Shown here: positions 1 through 10,347 of the stretch, piece after piece
Numbering within the stretch: the stretch's first letter is position 1
Layout of the letters: every line of letters begins with the position of its first letter
Source of the DNA: Pirellulales bacterium
GTDB lineage: Bacteria > Planctomycetota > Planctomycetia > Pirellulales > UBA1268
Direction: 5' to 3'
NCBI GenBank assembly: GCA_030577455.1
Contig: JALIAA010000092.1
Span: 807 to 64,806, forward strand
DNA length: 64,000 bases
Position numbers and translations under genes: made by a program
The notes under the pieces: generated by a model
The model's database searches: none
What the model was told of the DNA's origin: nothing
What the model saw: only the letters and a program-made list of their open reading frames with translations

Positions 1-501
1 ACCATCATAAATTGAACGCTTCCAATCAAAGTTGTAATCCGTTTTCCCCATTCTTTCCCGAGAACGATCTGTCAACGGCTGACTTCGGTAATCGAGGTCG
101 AGCAGACCACTCCCAATACACGTGTAATACCCAGCCTCTTGAAAAAGCTTCGGCACTGGCTTCACGCCGGCAGGCAAAGAAATACGATGCTCCCCTCGAC
201 CACTTCGATGGTGGTGCGTGCCTGTTGCTGTTTGATACATCCCGGTGATCAAAGCAGACCGAAAGGTTGAGCATACGGGTGAGGTGGCATACGCACGCGT
301 GAACCGTACGCCCTCAGCTGCCAGGCGATCAACATGCGGTGTCTGAATGACCGTCTCGCCATAACACGAGAAATTCGGGGACATGTCATCGACTACGATC
401 CAGAGCACATTCGGATGTTCTGCTGCTTCAGCGCGCGAGAGAATAAACAACGACAAAAAGCCAGCAACGAGAGTCAACCGAAGACGAATAACAAGCATCA
501 T
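1..501 (-). CDS. Sulfatase (type I family), N-terminal 167 codons; gene continues beyond the left edge
   Basis: Not in the ORF track because it runs off the edge. Hand translation of the minus strand from ATG at 501-499 is open to position 1: [49 protein letters not shown]...[22 protein letters not shown]... It has a signal peptide, the VVDD metal-site start and the SPVC-x3-R-x3-ITG active-site block, parallel to the neighbouring sulfatase. Confidence 0.75.
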   Translation of the reverse strand, partial: MMLVIRLRLTLVAGFLSLFILSRAEAAEHPNVLWIVVDDMSPNFSCYGETVIQTPHVDRLAAEGVRFTRAYATSPVCSTFRSALITGMYQTATGTHHHRSGRGEHRISLPAGVKPVPKLFQEAGYYTCIGSGLLDLDYRSQPLTDRSRERMGKTDYNFDWKRSIYDG

Positions 502-568
502 TTTGAGTATTACCTTTCGGCTCAAGCCCGTCGTGCTGCAACGAACTCACCTGGCTCTCTGATTGCCT

Positions 569-2329
569 TTAATCCACACGAGTCAGTAACAGCAAACGAA
601 AATCCATAACCGTGTCACCGGGGATCTTCTTCGCTCGTAGCATCAATGTGCCTTCACCTTCTTCAAGCAGTATTTCACCAAGAGTCATTCTCTTAAAATC
701 CTTGACATAGGACTCCGTTCGCTTGAATCGGTCATTTTCCATTCCGGTAAGTGGTGGATCATGAGCAACTGTTATCTCCCCAGAGATCGCGCTGCCTCCA
801 AAGACCAACTCAACGGTTGACCCGACATCCTCTTTGGGACAGGTGTAGAAAACCTCAGCTCGGTACAGCCCAGCAGCACCAACCTCACACTCCCATGAAA
901 TAAAATCATCTACCGTCGTCCAATTTTCAAAAAATGAATCATTCGGAAATCGGTTGGACCTCTTGATATTGCCATGCCCGACGCCGTCCCGAGCGGGAAC
1001 CTGTGTGAAACGAGCGCCGTCATACCCAACAACAAACGGCCGCGTGTCATATGGCTTGCCATACTCTGAAAGCATTTGACGCCGAAACGCATCAGCCTTT
1101 TCTTGAAGCTCGGCTACAACCTGAGGCTGTGAGTCATTGAGTTCGACCTGCTGCCCCGGATCTACATCCATGTCATAGAGTCGCCCCTCGTAATCAAGGC
1201 GAAACCGTTGCGTCCTGACAGAAACCTTGTCTTTCCAATGATGAACAAGCGATCTATCCTGCAAGGCAGTCGTCCTATTGAGCAAAAGTGGTGCAACACT
1301 CAGGCCATCTATTGGCTTTGTACCGACAACCTCAACATCTGCCAACTCTGCGAGAGTTGGCATTAAATCCATCGCTGAGCATATCTGCGTTATAACCGTT
1401 CCCGCCGGAATCACTCCGGGCCAGCAAACAACTAGGGGAGACCTGACACCTCCTTCGTCTGTTGATCCCTTACGCCCACGCAAGCCATCATTCCATCGTG
1501 AACCATTCGGGCCATTGTCACTGAAGTAGACAACGATGGTGTCTTTCTCCAAATTGAGCTCTTTGAGTTTGGAACGAAGCCGGCCTACATTCCAATCGAT
1601 ATTTTCGCACATTGCGAGTGCGGCTCGTGTGTGGTCAATTTTCTCATTGTTCTTTTTCGAGTGTTCTTGAGTGATCTCTTTATTCTTGAACTTATCCCAC
1701 CACCTATCCGGCACCTGCATTGGTGAATGCGGCGTGTTGTATGGCAGGTAAATAAAAAATGGGCTTGTGTGCTCGCCTTCAATAAATTCGATAGCGTGAT
1801 TCGTGAGATCATCCGGCAAATATCCATCTCCCTGGACAAGCTGCCCATTGTGCTCAAGCATCGGACTAAAGTAGTTTCCCCAGTGGCCTGAACAGAAGCC
1901 GTAGAACTCATCAAACCCTCGTGCATTGGGATGATATGGATGCTGCATACCACTGTGCCACTTGCCAAAGGCGCCTGTTCGGTACCCTGCGTTTTCGAAT
2001 ACCTCACCGATCATCATCTCATCCGCATTCACGCGTTCACCACCCTCGGAAGTTGAATACACGCCGCAGCGAACGTGGTGCCTGCCTGTCAAAAACTCTG
2101 CACGGGTTGGAGAACAGACTGGGCTGACGAAGAAGTGCTGAAACCGTGCCCCATCACTCGCCAGCTGGTCAATATGTGGTGTCTCGACAGACACATTCCC
2201 GTTGAGACTTAAGTCCCCCCATCCCTGATCATCTGTAAGAATCACAATCACATTTGGCTGGCCTGCTCCGAGCACCTCCTGGCATAGACATAGAAGCAGT
2301 GCGATACAGAGTGCCTTCAGACAAGTCAT
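569..2329 (-). CDS. Secreted sulfatase (arylsulfatase-type) with extra C-terminal beta-rich domain
   Basis: ORF track 569..2368. Motifs: NVIVILTDDQGWGDLS, canonical formylglycine motif SPVCSPTRAEFLTGRH, GKWH. Start trimmed to ATG 2329 (MTCLKALCIALLLCLC signal peptide), which has GGAGGG about 8 nt upstream. Confidence 0.9.
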   Translation of the reverse strand: MTCLKALCIALLLCLCQEVLGAGQPNVIVILTDDQGWGDLSLNGNVSVETPHIDQLASDGARFQHFFVSPVCSPTRAEFLTGRHHVRCGVYSTSEGGERVNADEMMIGEVFENAGYRTGAFGKWHSGMQHPYHPNARGFDEFYGFCSGHWGNYFSPMLEHNGQLVQGDGYLPDDLTNHAIEFIEGEHTSPFFIYLPYNTPHSPMQVPDRWWDKFKNKEITQEHSKKNNEKIDHTRAALAMCENIDWNVGRLRSKLKELNLEKDTIVVYFSDNGPNGSRWNDGLRGRKGSTDEGGVRSPLVVCWPGVIPAGTVITQICSAMDLMPTLAELADVEVVGTKPIDGLSVAPLLLNRTTALQDRSLVHHWKDKVSVRTQRFRLDYEGRLYDMDVDPGQQVELNDSQPQVVAELQEKADAFRRQMLSEYGKPYDTRPFVVGYDGARFTQVPARDGVGHGNIKRSNRFPNDSFFENWTTVDDFISWECEVGAAGLYRAEVFYTCPKEDVGSTVELVFGGSAISGEITVAHDPPLTGMENDRFKRTESYVKDFKRMTLGEILLEEGEGTLMLRAKKIPGDTVMDFRLLLLTRVD

Positions 2330-2427
2330 CTTGTGCCCTCCATTTTGATCCCTTTGTCTCACCATCACTGTGTGATGAATTCATTTATTGGCTGATTTTT
2401 CAATGTGCCAGAGACCTGTTCGCTTAC

Positions 2428-2460
2428 AAAAAAACGGGTGCCACGTAAACGTGCCACCCG
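2428..2460 (-). terminator. Rho-independent terminator downstream of the HU-like gene
   Basis: Hairpin 2435-2445 / 2450-2460 (cgggtgccacg taaa cgtgccacccg; 10 bp plus 1 mismatch, 4-nt loop). On the minus strand it is followed by a run of 7 T (2428-2434). Sits 49 nt after the stop at 2509. Confidence 0.7.
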
Positions 2461-2508
2461 TTTCTTGTTTATCAACAGTTCGTCGACGACTCGTGGTCGT
2501 AACTCTGA

Positions 2509-2838
2509 CTAAACTTCGACCATTGCCTTTAGGTTCTTCAGAGCGCGAACACGAACCTTCACACTTGCTGGCTTGGCAGGACGATCCTGCAGTTCGCCTG
2601 TGAAAGGATTCTTCACATTCTTCTGAGCCGGACGAGCTGGAACCGCGCGTCGTTCAATTTTGACCAAGCCAGGAATCGAAAAGACACCGATACCGCTTTT
2701 GCGGAGTGCCTTACCGATTTCTTCGGTCAACGATTCGACGACTGCAACGACGTCCTTCTTCGGCAAACCTGTGGTTTCTGAGATCGCACGCATGATCTCA
2801 GTCTTAGTCATTGGCTTACTTCCAGTCTTTTTCGCCAT
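2509..2838 (-). CDS. HU/IHF-family DNA-binding protein
   Basis: ORF track 2509..2988, trimmed to ATG 2838. MAKKTGSKPMTKTEIMRAISETTGLPKKDVVAVVESLTEEIGKALRKSG...FSIPGLVKIERRAVPARPAQKNVKNPFTGE matches the HU fold pattern (helical N-terminus, beta-arm with R-x-x-R-N-P-x-T-G). Confidence 0.8.
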   Translation of the reverse strand: MAKKTGSKPMTKTEIMRAISETTGLPKKDVVAVVESLTEEIGKALRKSGIGVFSIPGLVKIERRAVPARPAQKNVKNPFTGELQDRPAKPASVKVRVRALKNLKAMVEV

Positions 2839-3143
2839 TATCGTTCGTGCCTCCCGTATGAGAAAAGTTTTGTGCGGCAATAACTCCGACCGCATTTCGG
2901 TGCTCGACCGAAAACGGCCGCTTGCGGCGTCGATTAGAGGCATTACCCGTAAAAATGCAAGGGAAAACAGTGTTTTTTTATGAGACAAGCCAAAATGACC
3001 ACCATTTTTGCGACCTTGGCAGGCAAAAAACCCCTCAAAAAGGGTACTTTTAAGCCCTTATCTGAATTCTGGAACCTTTGATTCATTCAGAACGACGAGC
3101 TCCGAGGTCACCAACCCGGACACAAACGCAACGCTCTGTAATA

Positions 3144-6100
3144 ATGTTTTCAGGAGATGGCGGCCGAAACACAGCTGATCACCTGTGGCGTGAACTCAAG
3201 AAAGACAGAGACGGAGTTATGGCACCCTCAAAATTCAACACCGTGGCTGCTCAGCGATTCCCTCAGTTTTTCTCACACATTCTGTGGGCATTCATACTCA
3301 TTGCCAGCACATTTTTTGCTGATGCAATTCGCAGTCCCAGTTTCTTGGATTTTCTGCACGACGGCATGGTTTCTCTCGTACGAGCTGAAGATCCCTCACA
3401 AGCTTCGCCAGAAGAAGAGGCTGTAAGCAATGGTGTGTATTTACCAAGTGAGCGACTTCGTGAACGACAGTTCGATCAGGCCCAACGACTGATAACTGGA
3501 GGCCGGATGGCCGACGCTACCGCACTACTCGATGAAATGCTGACAGTCGAACAGGATGTTTTCTTGGAGGCTGGTAACGCAAATGACCAGACCTGCCGTA
3601 GCATGAAAGCACTTGTAGCAGAGATTATCGGGACGCTTCCCGAAGCAGGAGCGGATGCATATCAACTTCAGTTTCGAACGCGTGCGGATCGCGCCCTTCA
3701 GGCAGCTCTCAATGAAAATGATAACGAGGCAATCATTGCCGTTGCCCGTAGATGGTTCCATACGCAAGCTGGGCACCGAGCGGCAATTTTGACTGCGGCA
3801 CGCTTCCTTGAGTCTGGGCAACCATTAGCAGCGGAAGCATGGCTGGAGCGAATCGCCTCCACCCCCATGACCAATCTTCCGGACAATATGCTACCGACGT
3901 TCAGACTCATGCAGGCTGCAACAAGCATTGCAATCGATCCAAGCAACAAAATAAAAGCGAAGGAGTTACTTGATGACGTTGATGCACCGACCCGACTCGG
4001 TGGAGAGCCAATTCCTGAAAAAAACCTCTTGCGTGACCAACTCCTCATGAACAAATTGAGGATAGCGACTTCTGGTCCAGGGTCTCAAAACCTTGCAGCC
4101 GAAAACTGGGAAATGAGTCGCGGCACACCTGACCGCAATCCACTCCGTCCTTGCGACCGACCACTTCTGGTACCACGGTTTCGAGTCCCACTAACGCTCC
4201 ATCCTCAGGAGAAACAGCTACTCGCAGAAAGAAGAGAACTTCTTGCCGAGCAAGGATCACCAGTCCTTCCATCCGGGACGCCTCTGGCCGTCGGTAATTC
4301 GCTGCTTGTTCAATCACGTGCGGGTGTGATGGCCATCGACTTCGAATCAGGGAAACGATTATGGATAGAAGGGAAGTTAGCGGCCTCGGCCATCACGGAC
4401 CGTACGCAGCAGGAGTTCGAAGAACAAGGCACACATCCGCTCGATGCTTTGTTTTATGACACAACCTCCTCAACTCTCTCAAGTGATGGAGAACTTGTTT
4501 TTGTTGTTGAGCGAGACTCCTCAGCAATCTCTCGACAACAACTACGACAACCCGGCGGTCTACGCACGACTCAGCGCAGCAACCGCCTTGTCGCTTACGA
4601 CATTTCGCAGAACGGGCACCTTCGCTGGCAACTTCCACGAGCCAACAAGGGATCATCGGAAGAGAAACCTGACTCGCGATGGTTCCTGGGAAGCCCTCTA
4701 CCGCTCGGCAATGAGCTCTTTGTTCTTGTCGAAGAACGACAGCAGATACGACTCGACGTCTTGTCATCAGCGACTGGTGAAACAATTTGGTCACAGCCAC
4801 TCGCTGAAGTTGATGTCGAATACGACATCAATAACCGAGATGACCGTAAGCAACTTGGGCTCTCTCCCGCTTTTGCTGAAGGTATCCTGGTGTGTCCTAC
4901 CGGTGCTGGTGCGGCAATAGCAGTCGACTTGGCAGCTCGTACGCTTCTCTGGGCATACCGATTTACTATTCCAAAACCAGACGATGTACGAAGATTAGCA
5001 AATGGTATTCAACTGAGATTTCAGGTTTTGGCGGGCAATATGGCTGGCATGCAAATGAAGTCCTCGGCAGAGGGGACCGCTGACGGAGGCAAATGGGTCG
5101 ATTCACTCCCCATCATCGCCGGGGACAGAGTACTACTCACGCCATCCGGCTCAGAATTTCTTCATTGCGTTGATGTCCGGACTGGCAAACTATTGTGGCG
5201 ATCACCACGAGCTGATTTTATAACGGTCGCTGGGATCACCAATCGCATGGTCGTCCTGCTTGGGCAAAAGACCGCAGCAGCAGTCTCGCTCGATGACGGA
5301 AAGATCGCCTGGAAACAAACTATTGGACTCAATAATGAATTGGTCTGTGGACGAGGAATTCTTTCTGGAAGCCGTCTCTATGTCCCAATCGACACTCCAG
5401 CAGTCGCTGAAATCGACACGTCGAACGGCAAGATAGTGGGGACATCTCTTGGCCGGGGCTCCGCTCTGCCCGGCAACCTTATCTCCTACCGTGGTGAGGT
5501 GATTTCCCAGGGATTGGACTCTCTTGATGTGTACCACCAGACTGCTGATCTTGAACGTGGTATTGAAACCGCTCTAAAGAAAAACCCGAACGATCCATGG
5601 GCTGTCACCTGGCGAGGTGAGCTCAGGCTTGATAAAGGCAATACCACTGAAGGTCTGGTAGATATCCGCAGCATTCACGGCAGCAAAGGACCACGTCCTT
5701 CGGCTTCTACATTGAGTCAGGCGATTGAGTTTGCTTTGAAAAACGACTTTTCAGCTGCTGCCGACTTTTGGCCTGAGGGTGTTGCAATCGCGCCGTCTCA
5801 ACAGACGGCAGAAACCATTCGTCAACTTGCTGCAGAAGGTTTTCTTCAAGCACATGAACCAATGAAGGCCTGGGAGGTCTGCCAAGACTGCCTTCAATCA
5901 TCGACCTCTTTACCGCCACGAGATGACAAAACGTTAATACGCGACCCCGTAGATACGTCACTCTGGATCGCATCAAGCCGCTGGTTCCAAAGAAAACTGA
6001 ACCAGATCGTTGAAACACCATCATCTGAAAAAATACAGCAGATAATTGATGAGGATGAAAAAAATGAGCTTCAAAAAGTAACATCCATTCCAAATCCATC

Positions 6101-7994
6101 GGCTCGACACATTGCGCTCGATGTTTTTATAGATCGATTCGCTAACCGCAAGGTAGAAGCCACGGCTACAAGCAGCCTTCGAGCGACATTGCAGGAGGAG
6201 CTTTCAGGATTAACTGGTATAGCCCGACAAAACATACTCCTTGAGCTTCAGCTTCTCGCCCCAAACAACACCGGGCAGCCAACGTTTTCAACCAATACAT
6301 CAAGACAACTTGATGCCACCAAAAGCTTTGTGCACGATACGTGGCCACTTGGGCAGGTTGATGTCACCCAAAGCCAAGAAGCGACAGAAGTTGGTGATGT
6401 CCTCAATAAAACAACACAGATCAGGCTCATTCACGCAAAAAATTCTGGCTTTCCGAATGCAACCCTGGAACATACCGGACGAAGTATTATCCTTCGTGAC
6501 CAATTTGGTGCGGCAATTGGAGACGCTATCTCGATTGATCTAGAGGGGGCAAAACATCCACACCTTACGAGTTATTTTCGTCTCCGTTCGCATTCTGCTT
6601 TCCTCATAAGCCGCATTCTTCTTCTTCAAACCAGCCACTCTCTTACGGCTTTTGAAATTTGTGAACCAGCTGATGGTGAACACCGACTTCTTTGGGCAAC
6701 AACTGACAACCGTATTATTAATCCAAGACAAAACTTCACAACTCAGACTCCTAGCACCTCACTAGAACGACTCCTGCGGCCTCTCGGGCCATTACCACTT
6801 CAGTCAAAAGTTGCAGTCGAATTAAGCAATCACCAAATTCAGAGAATACCGACTTTTCGCATTGGCAATCCACAGCGCACAGGCGTCCCCATTATCTCTG
6901 GCAACACTCTTGAGCTACGCCATATTCGAACGGGTGAGATTCTGTGGAGACGACGAGACATCCCGGCAGGATCAGAAGTATTTGGTGACTCAGAGGTGCT
7001 CTGCATTACAGGAAGGGACGGCAAAAAATCCCAAATCCTCTCAATGAAAGATGGTCATCTCATTTCCTGCCATGACCTCCCCCCCCGACAGAATCGACTC
7101 AACGCCTCTGGCAAGCATCTTCTTGCCCTGAGTCCAACCGATCCCAACACAACCGAGAACGTGCAATTAGCAGTGATTGATGTACGTGACAACAGCCAAC
7201 ATATCGTTTGCGAGTGCCCCCCCTCTGCCCGCGGACTCATTGTTGATGATGATATTTTTCTGGTGATAACCCCAGATGGAAATTTAACTGCTATCGACAT
7301 TGCAGCCAGAAGAACAAAATTTACGACAACCCTGCAAGAGATGCCGACCGGGTTTCAGCAACTCCGCTGCCTCGCTTGGCAGGATAGGTACATTCTGTTC
7401 GCGATCCGAAAGGAAAACAGACAGGACGAAAAACGGTTTAACGGAATTGACGCAATAAACCGTTTTGGAACTGGCACGGGACAGCCGAAAGCTGAATCAT
7501 CAACAATGTGGTCCATCAGCCAACTGACCGGTGACATGATGTGGTCTCAACCTGCTTCAGTCCAGCGGCACATTGTTCAAACTCCACAACCCACGGGCCT
7601 ACCAACCCTCATATTTGGCCGCCGTCTGCGTATGGCAAATACGCATGCAGGCCACGGGGGAAACTACCGGGGACGCTACCGTCTAAGCCTGCTGTGCCTC
7701 GACAAACGAACTGGTTCGTTACTCCACATTGACGACAAACTTCGAATGGAGCCCGATCAGAATACAAGCACTGCAGAACTTAGCGTACGTGGCGATGCCC
7801 TGAATTCGACCGTTGAAATGAGAATCGTAAGCAGACGACAGATGGGTGGAAATATTCCAAAGATCATGCTTCACTTTACGGGGTTACCCAGGGAAAACAC
7901 TCAGCCGTTTCGCTCGGAAGAAGAGCCGCTGGTCTACACGGACATTCTAAGTGAAGTGCAACACTGGATTGAACGGGCAATAAATGGCCCATAA
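3144..7994 (+). CDS. Giant membrane-anchored protein with multiple PQQ-like (BamB-like) beta-propeller repeats
   Basis: ORF track 3078..7994 (TTG). First ATG is 3144; alternative ATG 3216 lies just before the TM helix FFSHILWAFILIASTFF. Repeated blade signatures include AGVMAIDFESGKRLW, NRLVAYDISQNGHLRW, IRLDVLSSATGETIW, AAIAVDLAARTLLW, EFLHCVDVRTGKLLW, TAAAVSLDDGKIAW, LELRHIRTGEILW. No catalytic motif recognised. Start uncertain. Confidence 0.7.
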   Translation: MFSGDGGRNTADHLWRELKKDRDGVMAPSKFNTVAAQRFPQFFSHILWAFILIASTFFADAIRSPSFLDFLHDGMVSLVRAEDPSQASPEEEAVSNGVYLPSERLRERQFDQAQRLITGGRMADATALLDEMLTVEQDVFLEAGNANDQTCRSMKALVAEIIGTLPEAGADAYQLQFRTRADRALQAALNENDNEAIIAVARRWFHTQAGHRAAILTAARFLESGQPLAAEAWLERIASTPMTNLPDNMLPTFRLMQAATSIAIDPSNKIKAKELLDDVDAPTRLGGEPIPEKNLLRDQLLMNKLRIATSGPGSQNLAAENWEMSRGTPDRNPLRPCDRPLLVPRFRVPLTLHPQEKQLLAERRELLAEQGSPVLPSGTPLAVGNSLLVQSRAGVMAIDFESGKRLWIEGKLAASAITDRTQQEFEEQGTHPLDALFYDTTSSTLSSDGELVFVVERDSSAISRQQLRQPGGLRTTQRSNRLVAYDISQNGHLRWQLPRANKGSSEEKPDSRWFLGSPLPLGNELFVLVEERQQIRLDVLSSATGETIWSQPLAEVDVEYDINNRDDRKQLGLSPAFAEGILVCPTGAGAAIAVDLAARTLLWAYRFTIPKPDDVRRLANGIQLRFQVLAGNMAGMQMKSSAEGTADGGKWVDSLPIIAGDRVLLTPSGSEFLHCVDVRTGKLLWRSPRADFITVAGITNRMVVLLGQKTAAAVSLDDGKIAWKQTIGLNNELVCGRGILSGSRLYVPIDTPAVAEIDTSNGKIVGTSLGRGSALPGNLISYRGEVISQGLDSLDVYHQTADLERGIETALKKNPNDPWAVTWRGELRLDKGNTTEGLVDIRSIHGSKGPRPSASTLSQAIEFALKNDFSAAADFWPEGVAIAPSQQTAETIRQLAAEGFLQAHEPMKAWEVCQDCLQSSTSLPPRDDKTLIRDPVDTSLWIASSRWFQRKLNQIVETPSSEKIQQIIDEDEKNELQKVTSIPNPSARHIALDVFIDRFANRKVEATATSSLRATLQEELSGLTGIARQNILLELQLLAPNNTGQPTFSTNTSRQLDATKSFVHDTWPLGQVDVTQSQEATEVGDVLNKTTQIRLIHAKNSGFPNATLEHTGRSIILRDQFGAAIGDAISIDLEGAKHPHLTSYFRLRSHSAFLISRILLLQTSHSLTAFEICEPADGEHRLLWATTDNRIINPRQNFTTQTPSTSLERLLRPLGPLPLQSKVAVELSNHQIQRIPTFRIGNPQRTGVPIISGNTLELRHIRTGEILWRRRDIPAGSEVFGDSEVLCITGRDGKKSQILSMKDGHLISCHDLPPRQNRLNASGKHLLALSPTDPNTTENVQLAVIDVRDNSQHIVCECPPSARGLIVDDDIFLVITPDGNLTAIDIAARRTKFTTTLQEMPTGFQQLRCLAWQDRYILFAIRKENRQDEKRFNGIDAINRFGTGTGQPKAESSTMWSISQLTGDMMWSQPASVQRHIVQTPQPTGLPTLIFGRRLRMANTHAGHGGNYRGRYRLSLLCLDKRTGSLLHIDDKLRMEPDQNTSTAELSVRGDALNSTVEMRIVSRRQMGGNIPKIMLHFTGLPRENTQPFRSEEEPLVYTDILSEVQHWIERAINGP

Positions 7995-8068
7995 ATTGCT
8001 TGTAACGAGTCGATATTTCAAACACCATAGAAACACCTCAATCGGGCCATCACGAGAGACATGCATTC

Positions 8069-9154
8069 ATGAATGAAAACCTGCCTAGAGGATTAGGGCG
8101 ATGTGCCAACCAGAGGTTTGTGTCATTCACGATCGTAATATCACTTCTAACTGTCTTTACTCAACCAGGTATCTGGCAGTTCCATCGCGCGGAAGCGGCG
8201 TCAATTGATGCAAACGAGGCTGTATCTGGCGGCCTTGACTGGCTCGTTTCAAATCAATCGCGACGAGGCAACTGGACTGCCAATGAGGGCCGGTACCCCA
8301 CGGCAATGACAGCCCTTGCCGGAACGGCTCTGCTTCTCGAAGGCTCTACGCCCACGCAAGGGAAATATGCTGACTCAATCGCCCAAGCTGTGGACTATCT
8401 TATAAGTCGTTCACGGCCAAACGGACTTATCGGCGATCCGAAAACAGATGATCGCTATACCTACGGACATGGATTCTCAATGCTCTTCCTGTCTCAGGTC
8501 CTTGGTGAAGAAGAGGACCTTGCTCGCCGAAGTGAACTTATTCAAGTTCTTGAGCAGGCTGTTGAATTTTCGGGGCGGGCGCAAACAAAAGATGGGGGCT
8601 GGGGGTACGTAAGCGCAAAGGATGGAAATGACTTCGACGAGGGTTCAACAACAATTACACAAGTACAGGGGCTACGAGGGTGTCGGAATGCGGGCATTCC
8701 GGTTCCTCGGGAGATAATAGATCGTGCCATTGCGTACATCCACAAGTGCACCATGCCAGATGGTGGCGTGCAATACAGTTCGAAAGGAGGAGGAGGGCGA
8801 CCAGCGATTTCGGCAGCAGCTATTGCATGCTTATTCAACGCTGGGGAATACGATGATACCCATGTTCCCCGAATGCTGACCTATGCGGAAAAGCATCTGG
8901 GAAACATTGCAAACAACGGCTTTGGCCATTGGCACTACGCCCACTATTATTACTCGCAGGTCATGTACCGCGAGGGTGGCCAGAAGTGGTCTGACTATCG
9001 TCGGCAAATCGAAAAACGCTTGGTTGCAGAGGCAACAAAAGATCGTGCAGGAGTTTTCTGGCAGCAAGGATACATTGGGCCCGTCTACACGACCGCCACA
9101 AATCTCACCATTCTTCAGCTGAACAATGGGATGCTGCCGATCTACCAGCGTTAA
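8069..9154 (+). CDS. Secreted prenyltransferase/squalene-cyclase-repeat (alpha/alpha-toroid) protein
   Basis: Signal/TM segment FVSFTIVISLLTVFTQPGIW. Repeated toroid blocks AQAVDYLISRSRPNGL, QTKDGGWGY, AIAYIHKCTMPDGG are typical of the prenyltransferase / terpene-cyclase repeat family. Confidence 0.6.
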   Translation: MNENLPRGLGRCANQRFVSFTIVISLLTVFTQPGIWQFHRAEAASIDANEAVSGGLDWLVSNQSRRGNWTANEGRYPTAMTALAGTALLLEGSTPTQGKYADSIAQAVDYLISRSRPNGLIGDPKTDDRYTYGHGFSMLFLSQVLGEEEDLARRSELIQVLEQAVEFSGRAQTKDGGWGYVSAKDGNDFDEGSTTITQVQGLRGCRNAGIPVPREIIDRAIAYIHKCTMPDGGVQYSSKGGGGRPAISAAAIACLFNAGEYDDTHVPRMLTYAEKHLGNIANNGFGHWHYAHYYYSQVMYREGGQKWSDYRRQIEKRLVAEATKDRAGVFWQQGYIGPVYTTATNLTILQLNNGMLPIYQR

Positions 9155-9300
9155 CGGGCTCCTTACGGAAATCGTGCGGTACCGACCCATGAGACACACT
9201 CATGCAGTTGGTTGGACCGGCCCAAAGGAGGTATCATCTAATCAACGATTGTTCTGTCCCAACACAACCTCAACCCTTAACAATGTTTCTGGAGCCGTGA

Positions 9301-10347
9301 ATGCAGTCCGAATCTCAAGTTCCGCCAACCACCGACAGACTACACGAGGCTCACGAAAAGATTGTTGATCAACTTTCTCGAGTGATTGTTGGCCAACAGC
9401 AAGTAATTGATGAATTACTTATCTGTCTTTTTTCTCAGGGACACTGCTTGCTGGAAGGGGTTCCCGGGCTCGCAAAAACACTGCTCATCAGCACACTTGC
9501 CAGAAGCCTCGACCTGGCCTTCAGTAGAATACAATTTACACCTGATCTCATGCCGGCTGACATCATTGGGACAGAGGTACTTGAAGAAGACCGAAGCAGT
9601 GGAACCCGGAACCTGCGTTTCATTGAGGGGCCATTGTTCTCAAACGTGATCCTTGCCGATGAGATAAATCGAACACCTCCAAAAACACAATCTGCACTGC
9701 TCGAAGCTATGCAGGAGCGGCAGGTCAGCGTTGGTCGCACCCAACATCAACTGTCCGATCCCTTTTTTGTTCTTGCAACACAAAATCCGATTGAGCAAGA
9801 AGGCACCTATCCACTGCCAGAAGCACAGCAGGATCGTTTTATGTTCAAGGTTTTCGTCCAGTACCCATCATTTTCAGAAGAATTTGAGATTGCTCAGCGA
9901 ACAACCGGAACAACGACATCTGACGTCGAACCAATACTCACGGCATCAGAAATTATTGCACTTCAGAAAAGTGTCCGGGAGGTTCCCCTCAGTGACCATA
10001 TAGCACGTTATGCGATTGCGATCGTTCGGCAAACACGTGTCGGTGGTGATGGTGTTCCCGACTTTGTGTCTGATCAACTTGCGTGGGGCGCTGGCCCACG
10101 TGCCGTTCAATATTTAATTCTTGGATGCAAGGCGAGAGCCCTTCTTCAAGGAAGGTCCCATGTAACCATTGAGGACGTGCAAGCTCTCGCCGCCCCGGTA
10201 CTTCGACACCGAATTGTTGTCGGCTTTGCTGCAGAGAGTGAGGGTGTCACAGCAGACTCAATCATTAGGCAACTTATCGAGACAACCCCCGCACACGAGG
10301 ATGAACTCACGCGTGACCCCCGCTTCCAAACAATATTTGCCTCCTGA
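9301..10347 (+). CDS. MoxR-family AAA+ ATPase
   Basis: Walker A GVPGLAKT and Walker B ILADEINR. Overall pattern ([26 protein letters not shown]..., [29 protein letters not shown]) is typical of MoxR (AAA_3). GGAG lies 6 nt upstream of the ATG. Confidence 0.9.
   Translation: MQSESQVPPTTDRLHEAHEKIVDQLSRVIVGQQQVIDELLICLFSQGHCLLEGVPGLAKTLLISTLARSLDLAFSRIQFTPDLMPADIIGTEVLEEDRSSGTRNLRFIEGPLFSNVILADEINRTPPKTQSALLEAMQERQVSVGRTQHQLSDPFFVLATQNPIEQEGTYPLPEAQQDRFMFKVFVQYPSFSEEFEIAQRTTGTTTSDVEPILTASEIIALQKSVREVPLSDHIARYAIAIVRQTRVGGDGVPDFVSDQLAWGAGPRAVQYLILGCKARALLQGRSHVTIEDVQALAAPVLRHRIVVGFAAESEGVTADSIIRQLIETTPAHEDELTRDPRFQTIFAS

Noticed and set aside
10169-10300. Upstream extensions of many track ORFs (10169, 20100, 21130, 31939, 35221, 38678, 39567, 40571, 41274, 42334, 45600, 48431, 55978, 61319) that would create 50-200-nt overlaps with neighbouring genes.
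   Set aside because: The track takes the most upstream ATG/GTG/TTG. The extensions have no family similarity. Internal starts give family-typical N-termini or signal peptides, often with an SD-like sequence or an ATGA stop/start junction.
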